Below are positions 24,916 to 38,456 of a DNA stretch of 46,416 bases, in pieces. The first letter of the stretch is position 1; the number at the start of each line of letters is the position of its first letter. The stretch lies in the NCBI GenBank assembly GCA_051942205.1, contig JAVECO010000070.1:62001-108416 (forward strand), written 5' to 3'. The position numbers were made by a program, and so were the translations under genes. The notes under the pieces are model-generated. The model was not told the DNA's origin, searched no databases, and saw nothing but the letters and a program-made list of their open reading frames with translations. This DNA is from Coniocarpon cinnabarinum. Its lineage: Eukaryota.

Positions 24916-26001
24916 ATGGTTGCAGAAACAAAACTATACGACGCCTTAGGCATCTCACCATCCGCCAACCAAGATGAAATCAAAAAGTCATACAAGAAGA
25001 TGGCTCTAAAGCATCACCCAGACAAGAACAAAGACAACCCGGCTGCCGCCGAGAAATTCAAGGAAGTCTCACAAGCATACGAAATCCTGTCAGATCCAGA
25101 GAAGCGCAAAACGTACGACGACTATGGGTTGGACTTTATCCTGCGAGGCGGCCCTGCTCCGCCAGACCCCAATGATGCCGGTTCCGGCGCCGGCTTTGGC
25201 GGTGTGCCAGGTGGTTTCTCAAGCTTTGGTGGTGGCATGCCTAGCGGTGGGGGACGTTCGTTCCATTTCAGCACAGGCGGACCGAATGGCTTCTCGTTCT
25301 CTAGCCCCGAGGACATCTTCTCTGCGTTTTTCAAAGGCGGGGGCGCGGGAATGGGTGATGACGATGACCTCTTTGCGCAGATGAATGGCATGGGCGGAGG
25401 CGGTCCACGCATGAGCAGCGGCGGAGGGCGACGCCCACAGCCCAGGAGACAGCGGACGCCTGAGGTCACCGTGCTTGAGCGACCCCTACCTGTGAGTCTC
25501 GAGGACTTGTTCTCAGGCACGATGAAGCGGCTCAAGGTCAACCGGAAAACGTATGATGAGAGAGGCAAGGTCAAGATGGAGGACAAAGTGTTAGAGGTGC
25601 CCATCAAGAAGGGACTAAAGGCAGGGAGTAAGATCAAGTTCACGGGTGTCGGTGACCAGATCGAGGGTGGACAGCAAGACATCCACTTCGTGGTGAATGA
25701 AAAGCCCCACGAGAGCTTCAAGCGCGATGGAGACGACCTCAAGGCGACTGTTGAGCTCAGTCTTAAGGAGGCGTTGACGGGCTGGGAACGCACAGTGAAG
25801 ACAATCGATGGGAAGCAGGTCGGCGTTAGAAGCGGCGGGCCCACAGGACCGACTTGGTCAGAGAAATACCCCGGACTCGGCATGCCCCTGACGAAGAAGG
25901 GCAAGGAAGGTCAGCGCGGCGACATGGTGGTAGGGGTGTCGATCAAGTTCCCGTCGAGCTTGAGTGCGGACCAGAAGGCTCAATTGCGACAGATATTATG
26001 A
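24916..26001 (+). CDS. SIS1: Type II Hsp40/DnaJ co-chaperone (Sis1/Psi1-like)
   Basis: Single 361-aa [16 protein letters not shown]-domain with HPD, G/F- and G/M-rich linker, C-terminal substrate-binding domain, no zinc finger. Confidence 0.92.
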   Translation: MVAETKLYDALGISPSANQDEIKKSYKKMALKHHPDKNKDNPAAAEKFKEVSQAYEILSDPEKRKTYDDYGLDFILRGGPAPPDPNDAGSGAGFGGVPGGFSSFGGGMPSGGGRSFHFSTGGPNGFSFSSPEDIFSAFFKGGGAGMGDDDDLFAQMNGMGGGGPRMSSGGGRRPQPRRQRTPEVTVLERPLPVSLEDLFSGTMKRLKVNRKTYDERGKVKMEDKVLEVPIKKGLKAGSKIKFTGVGDQIEGGQQDIHFVVNEKPHESFKRDGDDLKATVELSLKEALTGWERTVKTIDGKQVGVRSGGPTGPTWSEKYPGLGMPLTKKGKEGQRGDMVVGVSIKFPSSLSADQKAQLRQIL

Positions 26002-26861
26002 GGACAGGGCATGGGATTACGAAGTCACGAGTGCATGGCATGGCGTTGTGAGCATTATAAATACAGCGGAAGTTTCTGCGATTGAGTGTTTTGGAAGAAG
26101 TTCAAAAGCTTGGGCTGTGAAAGTCAATTCAATGTATGTGTAGGTGGCTCGCTTTGGATGAGCGCCAAGCAGCTGCTTTCACAGGAATGATCCTTACGTC
26201 CGAGGATGGACTGACCGAGCTTGATTGCTTTCAATGCTTGTCTACGTTGCGTAATTGCTGAATAACCCCGTCGCTGTGCGTTTGCAGACTTTCGCAAACG
26301 TAGGCGTCACGTGGCATGCTCCGCCGCGTCTTGGCCCAGCGTCAAACTCCACAGCGGGCCTCCCACAGAGTAGCGTATACCGACACCACTTGCATCCATG
26401 TCAAAATGACATGGACGTGGCCAGAGACAGATGGACACAGTCCTTGCCGTTCTCTCGACGTGCAAAATGCTAGCACATGACCCTGCATCTGCACGGGCAG
26501 TGCGTTCGGTGAAGCCAAAGCCCCTCCAAACTTACGGCTCTTTGCGAATGCCCCTGACTAGATGCACGAAGCGAACGATTGGCCTCAACAAGAGTTAAGC
26601 ATGGCATTGACTAGAACGCACATTTCAAGGCCGTAATGGCGGTTCAGCGAGTAACGGTTCCTGCTTCAGAAAAGCAGCATATGCGTCTCATAGCAGTCTC
26701 CCCGCATGGTTGCCTGTTGCGACCTGCCCCTTGCTTTGCACCTCTGATCTGCCTTCTTCGAAGCTGATAAACGCGCAACATCCGGCTACTCAGATTTTGC
26801 CGCTGTGTTCTCTGTATTGGAAGTGTACCACAGACAACGTGGTCACAAACCTCACCTCATC

Positions 26862-28169
26862 ATGACATCAGCCGTCGTCCGCCCAAGTCCTCATTCTGGC
26901 TCGGGCAACCAAGACGAGCTACAAGTCCTTCAAGGTTTGTACAGCTCCACTGCCACGAGCCTGCTCCGCCATGGAACAGAGAGTCCTTAGTTTGGAGGCG
27001 GACTACTGCCGTCACCCAAGAAGTTTGTTTTGAATGCCTGCGCTAATAAGCATCAATTGCGGCAGTGTCAAAGCTGCTTCCTAGAAAGCGACCTCGCGAG
27101 TCGTTAATGCACCACGATGTGATTGACCTTACGCTGGATGAAGACAACGAAATGGAGACCAGTCGACGCAAGCGCACGAAATTCATAAAACGTCTCAGCA
27201 TCTCCAAATTGCAAAAGCACAGGAAACGTAGCAAGGCTATTGATCTCAGTGACGAGCAATTAGAACCTAGCTGTACAGTCGAATGGTCTGTTCTGCCACC
27301 TCATGCTCTAGGTGACATACTCGTTGACTCTGAATAGCTCCTGCTGTGGAGATGAGTGCGACCTCAGGAGAGCCGTTCTCTGTACAGCCGACACAGTCCA
27401 TTTCTTCTGCCGCACATGCATCAAGTCATACATCGAAGTCTCATTGATCGGTACCGGCAAATGCAAGCCCACATGCTTTTCAAGTGACACGTGCTCAGGC
27501 AGCTTTGAGCCCGACCATCTCCGTTCCTGCGTCGACGAATCAACCATGGACCGTCTAGAGCGCATGCAGCAGCAGCAAGACCTGCAGGAAGCCTTCTTCT
27601 CGACTCTAACCACCAAGAATGACTCAAGTTCAATCACCACGTCAGAGCAACAACAACAGCCCAAACTCGAAACATGCCCCAAATGCGACTACACCGCCTG
27701 GACCACCTCCGACACCACCACCCCTCCGCTCTTCGAATGTCAATCCCCCACCTGCCAGCACATCTCCTGCCGGTCCTGCCGCAGAAAAGCTCACGGCACT
27801 CTCACCTGTGCAGAAGCATCCGCCGTCGGCTCATCCCTGGACCACCTCGTCGCTGAGGTGCTGTCAGCCCGCCATGTCCGCACGTGCGGCACGTGTCAGC
27901 AGCGCTTCACCAAGGACACGACATCGCGGAACTGCAACAAGATGTATTGTCCGCGCTGCAACACCATGATTTGTTACATTTGCGGCGCGTCCGGGATTGA
28001 TTATCCGCATTTTCAGGCGACGGCTTGTCCGCTTTGGGACGTGCCGAAGGTGGATGTGGAGGGAATTATTGTGAAGGTGAGGGAAGTGTTGAGGGAGAGG
28101 GGCATGGAGACGGATGAACAGAGGTTGAGAGAGAGGGTGAAAGAGGTGATGAGAAAGTTGGAAGGATGA
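26862..28169 (+). CDS. RBR (RING-IBR-RING) E3 ubiquitin ligase, RNF216/TRIAD3-like
   Basis: Intron 27286-27337 rebuilds RING1 (ECSCC...C...HFFCRTC...C...C). IBR CPKC...CQSPTC...CRSCRRKAH...C; RING2 CGTC...CNKMYCPRC...CYIC...YPHF. Start uncertain: ATG 26862 with intron 26935-27065, or ATG 27107. Confidence 0.8.
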
Positions 28170-28669
28170 GCTGGGAAGCGAAATTGGAGGTGATGTTTTG
28201 GAGGTATGTCTGAAAGATCGCTGTTTGCGCTTCAAGGGCCACGACGTCCTAATCGCTATGCTGTCTGCAAATTTATTCCTTGTCAGGAAGCACGGCGCAT
28301 CCACCTCTTCAGTTGGGTGAGACTGCCTCGAAGATAGTAATACACTCCACTGAGATTGTCGCTCTGCCGACTTCCCAAGTCGCAAAGCGCAGCTCCAGTG
28401 ATACCCGAGTTGTGGAGCACACCAGCAGGTATATGCACTAAGAAGATGAAAATACTTGCTGTTTCAAAGTGATGGAGGGAATACGAACGTTCCGTCACGG
28501 CGAGGCGATGGGTATTGCTCATCGTTCAAGGCCTCCCAGTCACACTTGCACGGTATCATACACGTCCACAGAATTGTCATCTATAAGGTAAGAGCTGATC
28601 AAGAACTATCAAACAGCTTTTTCCAGATACCCAACCAAGACCCCAACTCTGTTAAACAAGCACCATCCT

Positions 28670-30329
28670 TCACCTGCGTTGGTCTGCAGGAGCAAGACTC
28701 CTCACAGGGTCTGCTAGCACCTCCCCAAGCCCCGCCTCCTCTCTCTCAATCCCCGACCGCAGCCCCGTCCCCATTCCACTATCACCACTGCGACCGCTAT
28801 TACCACTCTGCGTGAACAAGAATGGTGCAGACGTAGCATTGCTTCCCTCACCTCCATGCCCCTGGCGCGGCCGGAAACTCCACCGCTTCAGCTTCGGCTG
28901 TGTTATCCCACCATCATCCGTTGCGGCCGCGGTCAGCGGTTTCTTGTTCTCCTTCAACTGTCCAGTGTCTACCACTCCCCGGGACTTACTGGACGTCCCG
29001 GGAAGTGCGCGGTACAGTCGTCCCCACCACGTGTCCAGCACAGATGTGGCGGCCGTCGCGTCAACCTCGGCAGGCACCTTGGTCTGCTCGCTTTCAGGGT
29101 TGAGACCCTTGGACGTGGGACCGCTGCGCGCGTCGTCACGTAGCGCCATTGGCCGGTACCAGAAGACGTCGCGCAGTGTGATGCGGCGGCGCATTTTGGT
29201 GAAGTCGGCGTTGGGCGCGTCGCGGCGGACCGCGGGTGACCAGGAACCCGTGCGAGACCGGTACGCGAAGAATTGGCGCACCGCTGGGCCGCAGGCGAAG
29301 ATGATGCCGAGCTTTTCTTCGACCATGCCGAACCATTTGTTGGGCATGAGTTTCCCTGCTGGCTGTGAGATGAAGAAGTCACAGAGCGGAGATTGTGAAG
29401 TGCGCTCTCTATGGATGGAGGAGTGCGTGCAGTAAATGTTGGAAAGCGTCTGAACTCACAGGTAGTGTCTGTCGTGAGATCTTCATAGCTAATAGCAGCG
29501 GCACGTCCGATACTCAGGGCTGCAGTGATCAGACCGAGACCAAAGAGCACGTCGAGAATGAGTTTGGTGTGGCGGCGCATCTGCACATTCCACAGAAGGA
29601 AGGCGGGAACAATAGCGACAGTAATGTCGATGACACAAGCGAGTCCTATGCTTCAGTCAGCAAAATTCGACGTTGGACGAGTGTGAAGGTGCGAGTAGCC
29701 TCACCGCCGTTCATCTTCTGCGTCGCGACAAGCACCTTCTTGGAGAAACACTTGGACCCAGGGACTTCTTGCCACGCCGCTCGGAAGGGGATACAGCTGA
29801 CGCCGTAACTGACGGTAGCTATTATGGTAATAATGACGTTCAAGACAAACGCAACGTAGACAACCTTTTGCTGCCACTTTTTGAACGGTGGCAGAAGGCG
29901 GAGTACAAAGAGCATCACAGAAGCACGAAGGAAAAAGAAAGAGATGAAGACCATGACCCAAGCAATGTATTCCCTACGCATGGTCAGCAAACCATTGAGA
30001 ATAGCTTCAGACTCAGGCTCACCACTGCTGATCTTCCGCATACTCAGCTGGTGGGATAGTCGATTTGTGCGTTCCGAGTCCGTTGCGGACTTCGAGAATG
30101 TTCAATGATGATCCGACAAGCGTGAGAACCTGTATTTCGTTGGACATACATTCTGAAGGGCTTCAATGAATCATGCACTAACCATGGGAAAGCAAACAGC
30201 AAAGTCATCAGACCCCAAAGACTTAGTTAGAAAGCCACGCGTATACAATCGAACAGCAAAAAACCACAGCGTGGGCACCATTAACGCCCAGTCTGTAGCT
30301 AAGAACGGTATGCCTTTATTCGAAGACAT
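28670..30329 (-). CDS. PTH11-like integral membrane protein (fungal GPCR-like, no CFEM domain), about 5 exons
   Basis: Spliced peptides RLYTRGFLTKSLGSDD, GLGTH, LRASVMLFVLRL, SCIPFRAAW...KC, DITVAIVPAFLLWNVQM...KL...FGLG and EEKLGIIFACGPAVRQF match PTH11-family motifs. Confidence 0.82.
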
Positions 30330-32166
30330 GGCTGCAGATTTGCGTGGAGGGTTTCAGTGCCTCTGAAGCGAGGATGACCAGACAGTGGCATATTAATACT
30401 CAGCATTCTTACGGCTACTGACCCGCCTCCCACTATCACTGGAATAAATGCAAAGACGGGCAATCGAGATCAGAGGGGTGAGGCGTCAATGCCGAATAGT
30501 GACCACTGCGCGAAAAGACGTGGTAGCCTGATCCTTTGGCGTAGTCAACCGTGAGGAGGCATGCACAAAGCGCATACGACATTAACACGGGAGAGGTACT
30601 GACGTGCATACGTCTGCATGCGACGACAGCGGCTGAAGCTATGCCAGTCCCCCAGAGACAATCTGTGATTTGCCTTGACTCTACTTTGTCTGCCTTGTTT
30701 GCCTTGCTGCAAATTGATCAGCTCGACATGACTATCAAGTTCACTGTGATGCTTAGGCCAGCAGCGAGCGGACTGAGCTTCGCCAGAAGAAGAAAGTCCT
30801 TGGCGAGGTTGCCTCTTGGTAATTCTTGCGAAACGCAATGTCCCTGTGCAGCTTCGAGAGTCAGACTTTTGTGACATTCTTGCCCGTGATCGACTGATGC
30901 GGCTGAGAACACTTTTTGTTCTCGGGATCGGTAATCAGTGACCTTTTGGTGAGGGCTTCAGAAACGTCCATTCGTGTCACGTGTGTTGAGAGACGTTGAG
31001 CCAGTGAGCTGGTAGACCCAGTCAGACATTGGTAAACCTCTTGCACTGATCTAGGTCCAAGGAAACGCTTGCCTGTCTGAAAGCTCGGACAGATACTTGT
31101 GGACGGCGCCTCACAACAGCGCAGCGCCAAGACATGCAAGAGGACATCGTGCAGTCGAGCAATGACCGTTTGCATGAGCAGCTCTGCTAGAAGTGCGAAC
31201 AATCACGCATTTCTGCGGCTGATTTTAAGCCGCTTCCGCATCCGCGAGGTTCGGTCAGACATCAGAACTAGCAATCCTTTCGATGTAGATTCACGGTATC
31301 CGACCAGCCGGGATCTGCTTGCTCCAGTGGGGTTTTGCAACCTCTCCACAAAAACGGAGGCAAAGATTGAACGCATGCTGACTGTTCCATACGCTCGAAT
31401 AACTTGATTCCTTGGCCTGAGCCATCGAAATGTCTAGGCCATCGATGCAGCTTTTGGCGGCGACCCCTTCTGTACCCAATCAAGGTTTCTGCAGCCATTG
31501 TTTGCCTTTCTCGAGTTGGTTCTACCCGAGTTCTAAAAGACTTGTGGGGCTCAACGATCGCTGTAAAAGAGGCAAGCTCATACGTTTTCATGGCGTACGT
31601 CCAGTGCTTCTCTCATCTCCGAAGGCGCCTGAAAACATTTTCTTCTAACGCTCTGCAGAGCACATATCACAGATATCGCTATAGCTAGCGCCTTTGTGAC
31701 GGCGAAACCTGGAGAACGCAGGCAACTTTTGATGAACACGTTTGAAGATGATGTGTGGGCTCGATGCTCATCTGCAATGTTCCGCCTGACTTCGCTCGAT
31801 CAGTAGTCTCCATGTTAGCGTGTGTGATCCACCCACTGATTTGGTGTATTTCCTGCTTTTGACTTCCGGGATGAAAGAATTGATGCAGGCGCCAGCGAAG
31901 CCTATCAGATTGCGTCTTACAGTCTTTTGTCCTTTTGAGAATAAGTCTTTACTCAACAGATGCTCGTGCTGCGTCCGCAGGCGACCCACCTAAGGCTCAG
32001 CTCTGACGTGATGTGCCATGATGCTGATGTTGCACCATCAGCCTGCAACGATCTTCGCTGCACTGAGTTCAACATCCTGTCAAATGTAATGCACATCTTG
32101 CATCGACAGCGGTCCGTGCAAAGCATTGTACGCGATGATAAACTCGATCTCCAGTCAGAGCCTGGC

Positions 32167-32317
32167 TATAAATAAGTCTTGCCATACGCATTCACTCCGC
32201 TCCACTTGTGTGGTACCATCTTCGGGCACGATATCAACGCTAAACACGGTGAGTGCACGTTAGAAAAGGGCTCCTTTAACAAAAGGTGGTCGAACTTATG
32301 CTGACTAATATCACACA
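32167..32317 (+). promoter_or_regulatory. TATA box and 5' UTR intron of the MFS gene
   Basis: TATAAA 32167-32172. Non-coding intron 32249-32317 (GTGAGT...GCTGAC/ACTAAT...CAG) ends 43 nt before the ATG. Confidence 0.6.
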
Positions 32318-32359
32318 GTCTTCGTGGTTCAAGCTGTCGTCCGACGAAGACAGCACTCG

Positions 32360-34213
32360 ATGTCTTCAGAATATCTGCAGCCTTCGAATGATCAGGTCAA
32401 ATCTCGGACAGACGACGGCAATGCTCACATCATCGCGCATGAACATCACGAAAACGTCGAGTTGCCTGCTGAATGCTGCCACAAATTGGATATAGAGAAA
32501 GCCGATGATTCTATTTCCATTGCCGAAACGTCAGGGAATGCTTTAAATGGAGACCATCCGCAGTCGCGACAGATGAAGGGATGGATGTGGTTCTTGCTGA
32601 GCAGTGCGGTCTTGTTCGCAACCTTGCTCATGGCCCTGGACAATACTATAGTCGCAGATTTGCAGCCTCAGGTTGTTGAAGCATTGGGGGAGATAAACAA
32701 ATTTCCATGGATCAACCACACATTCGACCTGGGCAGTGTCAGTACTGGTCTCCTCTGGTAAGGAAGTGCTACGAGCTGAGTGCACCGCACCTCGGCGACA
32801 GCCATTAGTCGCTAATTGAGCCGTTAGGGGAAAGCTCTACAGCTCATTCGACACCAAAGTAATGTTTGTAGCGGGTGTCGTCCTCTTCGAAGTAGGCTCC
32901 ACAATCAGCGGAGCAGCGCCCAATATGAATGCTTTCATCATAGGTCGAGCGATTGGAGGCGTAGGTGCTAACGGGCTCTATTTGGGGGCAATAACCATCG
33001 TTGCTCGCTTCACTTCTTCGAAGGAGAAGGCCGTCTATTTCAGTTTCTTCGGCATTTCCTGGGGCATTGGAACCTTGTACGTCTCAAGACTCTGACTGCA
33101 GGAATCGTATTGACTGGCCTCAGAACGGGTCCATTGATTGGTGGCTTGTTTACACAATCAGCCGCAGGATGGCGTTGGAGCTTCTATCTGAACCTACTGT
33201 TCGGAGCTGTGGTTGTGCCAATCTACTTTTTCTGCCTTCCCAACTGCAAAGTTGACTCAGAAGGAAGTGTTTGGGAAAGGGTCAAAAGAGTCGATTACGC
33301 CGGCGCAGTTCTGTTTGCCGGCGCTTTCATGTCTCCGATCATGGCGGTCTCGTTCGGAGGAGCCAATTATCCTTGGGGCAGTGGGCAAGTTATTGGCTTG
33401 TTCTGCTGCGCTGGTTTCCTTTGGATCCTGTTTGCTATTCAACAAGCGACAACCACTTTTACGTCAAAGCGCGATCGTATTTTTCCGGCAAGCGTCCTGC
33501 AAGACAGGGAAATGTGGATACTAATCGTGCAAACGGCATCAGCGATAGCTGTACAGTTTGTTACGCTCAACTACATCCCTCTGTATTTCCAATTTGTCCG
33601 CGGAGAGAGCGCGTTCAGAGCGGCTGTGGACATGCTGCCGCTGATCTGCGTCTCGATTGCGGCTATACTCCTTCAGGGTTTCATGATGCAAAGATTTCCC
33701 TACTATATGCCCTGGTACCTGGTGGGTAGTATGATGGCGGTCGTGGGTGTGGCTTTGATTCGTGAAACCCGAGTCAATGCAACACACGGCGCGGTATATG
33801 GTTGGTCATCATTACTTTCTGCTGGAGTTTGCCTTTACGTCCAAGTGGCATATCCGACAAGCGATTCAAGAGCGAAGACACCTCAGCAAGCCTCGGACGC
33901 TGCCAACGTGATCGGTTGTACGCAACTTGGCGCCATTGCTATTTCCTTGGCCGTCGCCAACAGCATCTTTGTTAATCGAGCTGCAGGTGGACTGCACACA
34001 ACACTTCCCGACCTTCCTCGCGCTGCCGTGGAAGCAGCAATCGCAGGGGTTGGAGCACCGGTGTTCCGAGACCTTGCCCCTGCAGCAAAGCAACAAGTTC
34101 TAGAGACAGTTAATGGAGCCATTAAAGACGTTTGGACTCAATGTCTAGCCACTGCCTCCTTTTCGCTAGTACTTTCGCTAGCCATGAAACGAGAGAAGAT
34201 TAGCACGAACTAG
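32360..34213 (+). CDS. MFS drug/toxin efflux transporter (DHA2, 14-TMS type)
   Basis: Exons 32360-32757, 32828-33076, 33124-34213. Motifs ALDNTIVAD, LFEVGSTISGAAPNMNAFIIGRAIGGVG, GPLIGGLFT...WRWSFYLNL, YIPLYFQFVRG. Confidence 0.9.
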
Positions 34214-34611
34214 ATCAAATTTCCAAAAGGGTACCACAACCTACAGCCCTCTGACCGTCGATAGTCATCCATCCCAGCGTAACGAGCGGGCAAGCAAGAA
34301 GAGCAGCAAAGTTAAGCACACATTTTGACAAAATGGAAAGTGTGAAGCGCGGAACAGTAATGGGCAACCTTTCACTATGCGATTGGCCATCGCGCGTCAT
34401 GGGTAACTCTTCAACGCCTGCATCTGAGTGATCCAACCGCGTTCGTTCCAAGCGTCCAAGGTAGCCATAATCCAAATGCTGTGCATCATCCAGAATACGC
34501 CCGTCAAGCTCTCAACTGCGAGGCTCCGTATGTCCAATCTTTGCATTATTTTGTGATTCCAGTGTCGCTCCGAAAATAATGCTCATAGGGCGATGCCCTC
34601 TCCGTGTGATG

Positions 34612-37600
34612 TTAGTGTAGCCGCTCATGCTTTTCGTTCTTCTCAATCTCCATGTTAGTCTCATAAGTCCAACCACCATCCTTCTCCAGCCGCTCTCGCG
34701 CCTCGCGATCCCTCCTTCGTTCCTCTTCCGTCAAGCGATCCGGCCCGTTCCAATTGGCGCTGCTCGTCCGGTCGCGGAACCGCTTCATACGATCTTTGCT
34801 AGCCCCTTTAAAGACCTCCTCCATGCTCAGCGGAGCGATCGGTCCAAATACACGCATGGGATCCACAAGCTGTTGCTGTTCAAGTAGACGACGTAGTTCT
34901 GGGGAGTCTGTCCATGCTGGTGCCTCAAAGGCATCGTCCGAGTCTTCGTCTTCACTGTCGGTTGCAATATCTGGAAGGGAGATGTTGTCGCCGTTCGGGA
35001 AGGCTGGCGAAGATTTGGCCGCGTGGCTCGCAGTGGCAGGCGTCTTCTGGACGGTTCGAGGTGCTTGACCATTCCCAGCTGGTTGAGCAGGTCCAGGCGG
35101 GTTCGGAGCTTCAGCAAAGGGAATGCGCGCGTTGGCGAATTTGGCCATGTCGTTCATCGTATGTGGAGTCTTCGGATGGCCCTGCAGTTGCTGAGAAGTA
35201 CTGATGGCGTTCTTCAACATGGACGAACTGGGTCGTGTGGATCCAACACCAGACATGAATCCATGCTGAAATTTAGCTGGCAGCTCTTGTTTCTTTGCCA
35301 TCGAAGGACGCATTGGCGCGCCGATCGGTGCTCGAGCAAGAGGCTGAGCTTGTGTGCGCAGCTCGAATTCTTCGCTCATTTTCGCCTTCTTTGGCATGTC
35401 TGACGCTCCGTGCGCTTGCTCGTCAGCATCGGGATTGAAGTACCTCTTCGCGGGTTTGGCAGGATTGATATGAGGAACCTGCGGTCGAATGCCTTCCTGT
35501 GCTCGCGGCTCAGGCCGCACAGGTACTTTCTCCGTCTTTGTAATGGGATAGAAGCGTTCGTTTTGGCTTTTTGACGCATGATCGTTCACCGGTTTTGGCT
35601 TTGCAGCCTCTGCTTGAGCTCGCAATTGGTCCTCTCTCTGCTGTTTCTCAGCCTTCTGTAGTTCCGCAGCGCGCTTTTGGGCTGCTGCTCTGGCGTCCGC
35701 TTCGCGCTTCTGATCTGCTAACTTTCGCTCATGGGCGAGGCGCTCTTCTTCAGCTTTCTCCGCCCGCCGCTTTTCCAACGCTCTCTTTTGCTCCTCCTTT
35801 CGCTGCTGCTCCCGTTCGTCTTGTTCTTTCTTCCGCTTTGCACTTTCCAGAGCTTTCAATTTCGAGTTGGCTTGCGTAGTCCTCACACTCTGACTTGAAG
35901 CAGAGCGCATGGACGAGTCACTTGCCTTCTTGGTCAGTGGTGGTCTGGCCGCTGAGGTTTGGCTGGTGTTGAGATGATGCCCCTGTGCTTTAATCGAGTT
36001 CCCACCAGCACCAAGCTGAGGTCTCATTGATGGCACCATCACAGAGATCTGCCCCGGCTTTGCCTTTGAGCCAGTATTTGGCCTTGCGATCTGTTTGGGT
36101 CGCTGTGTACCTGCAGCTTTCAGCTGCCCATCCATTGGTCGCAATGGCTTCTTGATCGATTGGTGAGATGGTTCGATCGCTTCCAGCGCTTGGGCACGGT
36201 CCTTCTCAACCTCGTCTGGCAGACCGCTTTTTGTGTCAAGCTCAGGCGCCCCGTCCGCGCCTCCATGTTCATGATCCTGTGAGGCTTGCCGAGCTCGTGC
36301 TTCACTGATGCGTTTAGAAGACCGGCGTTTCGTAGGTGGCTGCTCGTCCGAGATTTCTGTAAGATCCTGTAGTGGGCCCGCAGAAGCAGACCTTTTCCGT
36401 CCGATTGAGCTTCGCGATATGTTTTCTGTGGGTTGAGAAGCCGGCTCAGAAGTCAACTCGGGTACATCTGCCAACGGTTGCAGTATTTCCCCTTGCCCTG
36501 TTTGACGAGCAGCTGCGTTTCGTGTAGGACTGTGCGCCATGGCTTCCATTTTTGCCTGTGCACTTGTCGCCGCGCTGGATGCAAACATGCCTTTTGCTGA
36601 GCGCAGAAAAGACTGGAACTTTGCCTTCGAAGCACTTAAGGGTCCATCCGCATTCCATCTATAAGGAGATCCGACCGGCGTAGTTGACTCCGCCGTGCTG
36701 ACTGGAAGGTTGGGATACGATGTGGATACTTGGGGCTGATCTTGTTTCTGACCGTTTGACTCTTCTGCTGTTTGCCGATTCAAAGCGCGAGTTTCCTTCG
36801 GCACAGGTGCGATCCAGTCGTCATCGCCGGCTCCAAAGGCTGCTGATGAAGTCTTAGTACGTTCGAATTGATCAGGCTTACGAAGAGGTGCGTGGACATT
36901 GGCCAGGCTTGTGGAGATTGATCTCGATGCTCTTGGTGGATTTGATTTGCCCAACATGGTGATTCTTTCGTGTAATCTTTGCGTGGACGTCTTGTTATGA
37001 AACGCTATTGATTCAGACTTTGGGTTTTCTTCTAGAGTCTGTTGTGGATGAGACACTGACTTGTCATCAACTTCATGTGCTTTCGGAGAGTTCTGAGTCA
37101 TTCCTTGATCATGGATCTGCTCGCCGTGATCTGGGAAGCTGTTGTGGGTTGTGAGACTCTGTTGCGTGTGATGAAAAGGCACATGCGGCGCTTCTATTTC
37201 AATTTCTTGTTGAATTGTGACCAGTTTTCTGGGCGGCGCTGGTGTGACATTGTCGCGTCGTTGTTCCTGGACGACTGACTGTTCAACACTAACGTTCGAT
37301 GGAGGAGGCATTTCATTTACTTCCTGGCCCCTTGCTGGTGAGGTCCGTTCAACGTGATCAGCAACTTCTTGCATATCAGCATCAGTCTCCGCAGAGACGC
37401 TAAATGGATTTGAAGGAATCCTTGCTGTGCTCTGCTCATTCTGTTGAGAAAGAGTACTGGACGCAAAGGTGTCCTTTGCCAGGCCATCCTTCTTTTGAAT
37501 CTCAGTACTGTTCACTATCTTATCCGAAGGCGCTTCATCGGCTGAGACAAATGACTCTTCGCTGTCTTTTGCCTCTTCAACGCCATCCCGCTTTTCGTGA

Positions 37601-38272
37601 ACAATTTGTTCTGACTGGGGCGGAGCGTGGTGTCTGCTTAGTGGTGATCTTAATGGTGATTTGAGTGGGATGACAGGAGCCTTAGGTGAGGACACAGTAC
37701 TTCGCACTGTATCGAAAAAGCCCGAGTCTATAGTACTGAGTACTGCATTTACTTTCGGGTTGGGTGAGGTTTGCTGAGGTAGTGCATTCTCCTTGTCTTC
37801 TCGCACTTGAGTCCGAGGTGCAGGTTTATTGAGGCGCAATTTGGCGGCTGGGCTGGGTGAAAGCTGATTGTTTGATGAGAATATGTCGGTGAGAGGCTGA
37901 TCGGCCGTTGTTAGCAGTGCACCTTTTAAAGTTATCAAAAAAATCTTACAGCTCGTGCTGCACTTTGCTGCAGCTTCCGCGCAGTGCGTGGCGTCTTCCC
38001 ACGAAGCTTCCCTGGGGTTTTAAAGGCTTCTGTAATATTACTAGCACAGGTCAGCATGCGAGCCCATGTAGCAAGACCACTGTCCAAACACACAACTCGT
38101 TGTGACTGAATATATCGACCATATGTTCGTTCAGCCACTCCATTTCGGTCTGAGCGGAGAATGTGAACTCCTCAACCTCTTGTTCAATGAACTGTTGAGC
38201 GACTTCTCGCTCATCGTAGACCCATCGAGCTGAGCCAACAGATGGCTGGCTCTTGCCTCGGATCGACGCCAT
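34612..38272 (-). CDS. Inner centromere protein INCENP (Pic1/Sli15-like, chromosomal passenger complex)
   Basis: Exons 38272-38094, 38040-37950, 37896-34612. N-terminal EMEWLNEHM...KTPGKLRGKTP, charged helix region, and C-terminal Aurora-binding IN-box LPDIATDSED...PAW...DPMRVFG...RTSSANW. Confidence 0.9.
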
Positions 38273-38456
38273 CCTGCGGTGCAATGCGAGCAGCTCACGA
38301 CAATAAGAATTATGGCCGCATGATAGAGTTGACGAGGGGGAAAAGCCAGGAGCCAACGAAGAGGTTCCAATGGTTTCGAAGTAGTTTTGGATGCCAGATT
38401 GCGATTGCAGAAGTTGCTTCTTCACATCAAGTGATTGACAGGGAGTCGCTCTGTGT

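Noticed and set aside
25122..25904. 260-aa antisense ORF over DnaJ (likewise 39865-40527, 45619-46158, 28812-29435)
   Set aside because: Shadow ORFs opposite well-supported genes, explained by codon bias.
30545..31688. Several 60-113 aa ORFs in the PTH11/MFS spacer; possible transposon remnant
   Set aside because: No recognisable domain, terminal repeats or RIP-like AT enrichment seen.
31730..31789. TGATGA...CTGA pair suggesting a box C/D snoRNA
   Set aside because: Only about 60 nt, with no terminal stem and no rRNA-complementary guide that I could recognise.
34189..34207. AGAGAAGATTAGCA resembles the U6 snRNA ACAGAGA-box region
   Set aside because: It lies inside the MFS coding end (KREKISTN) and the flanks do not match U6.
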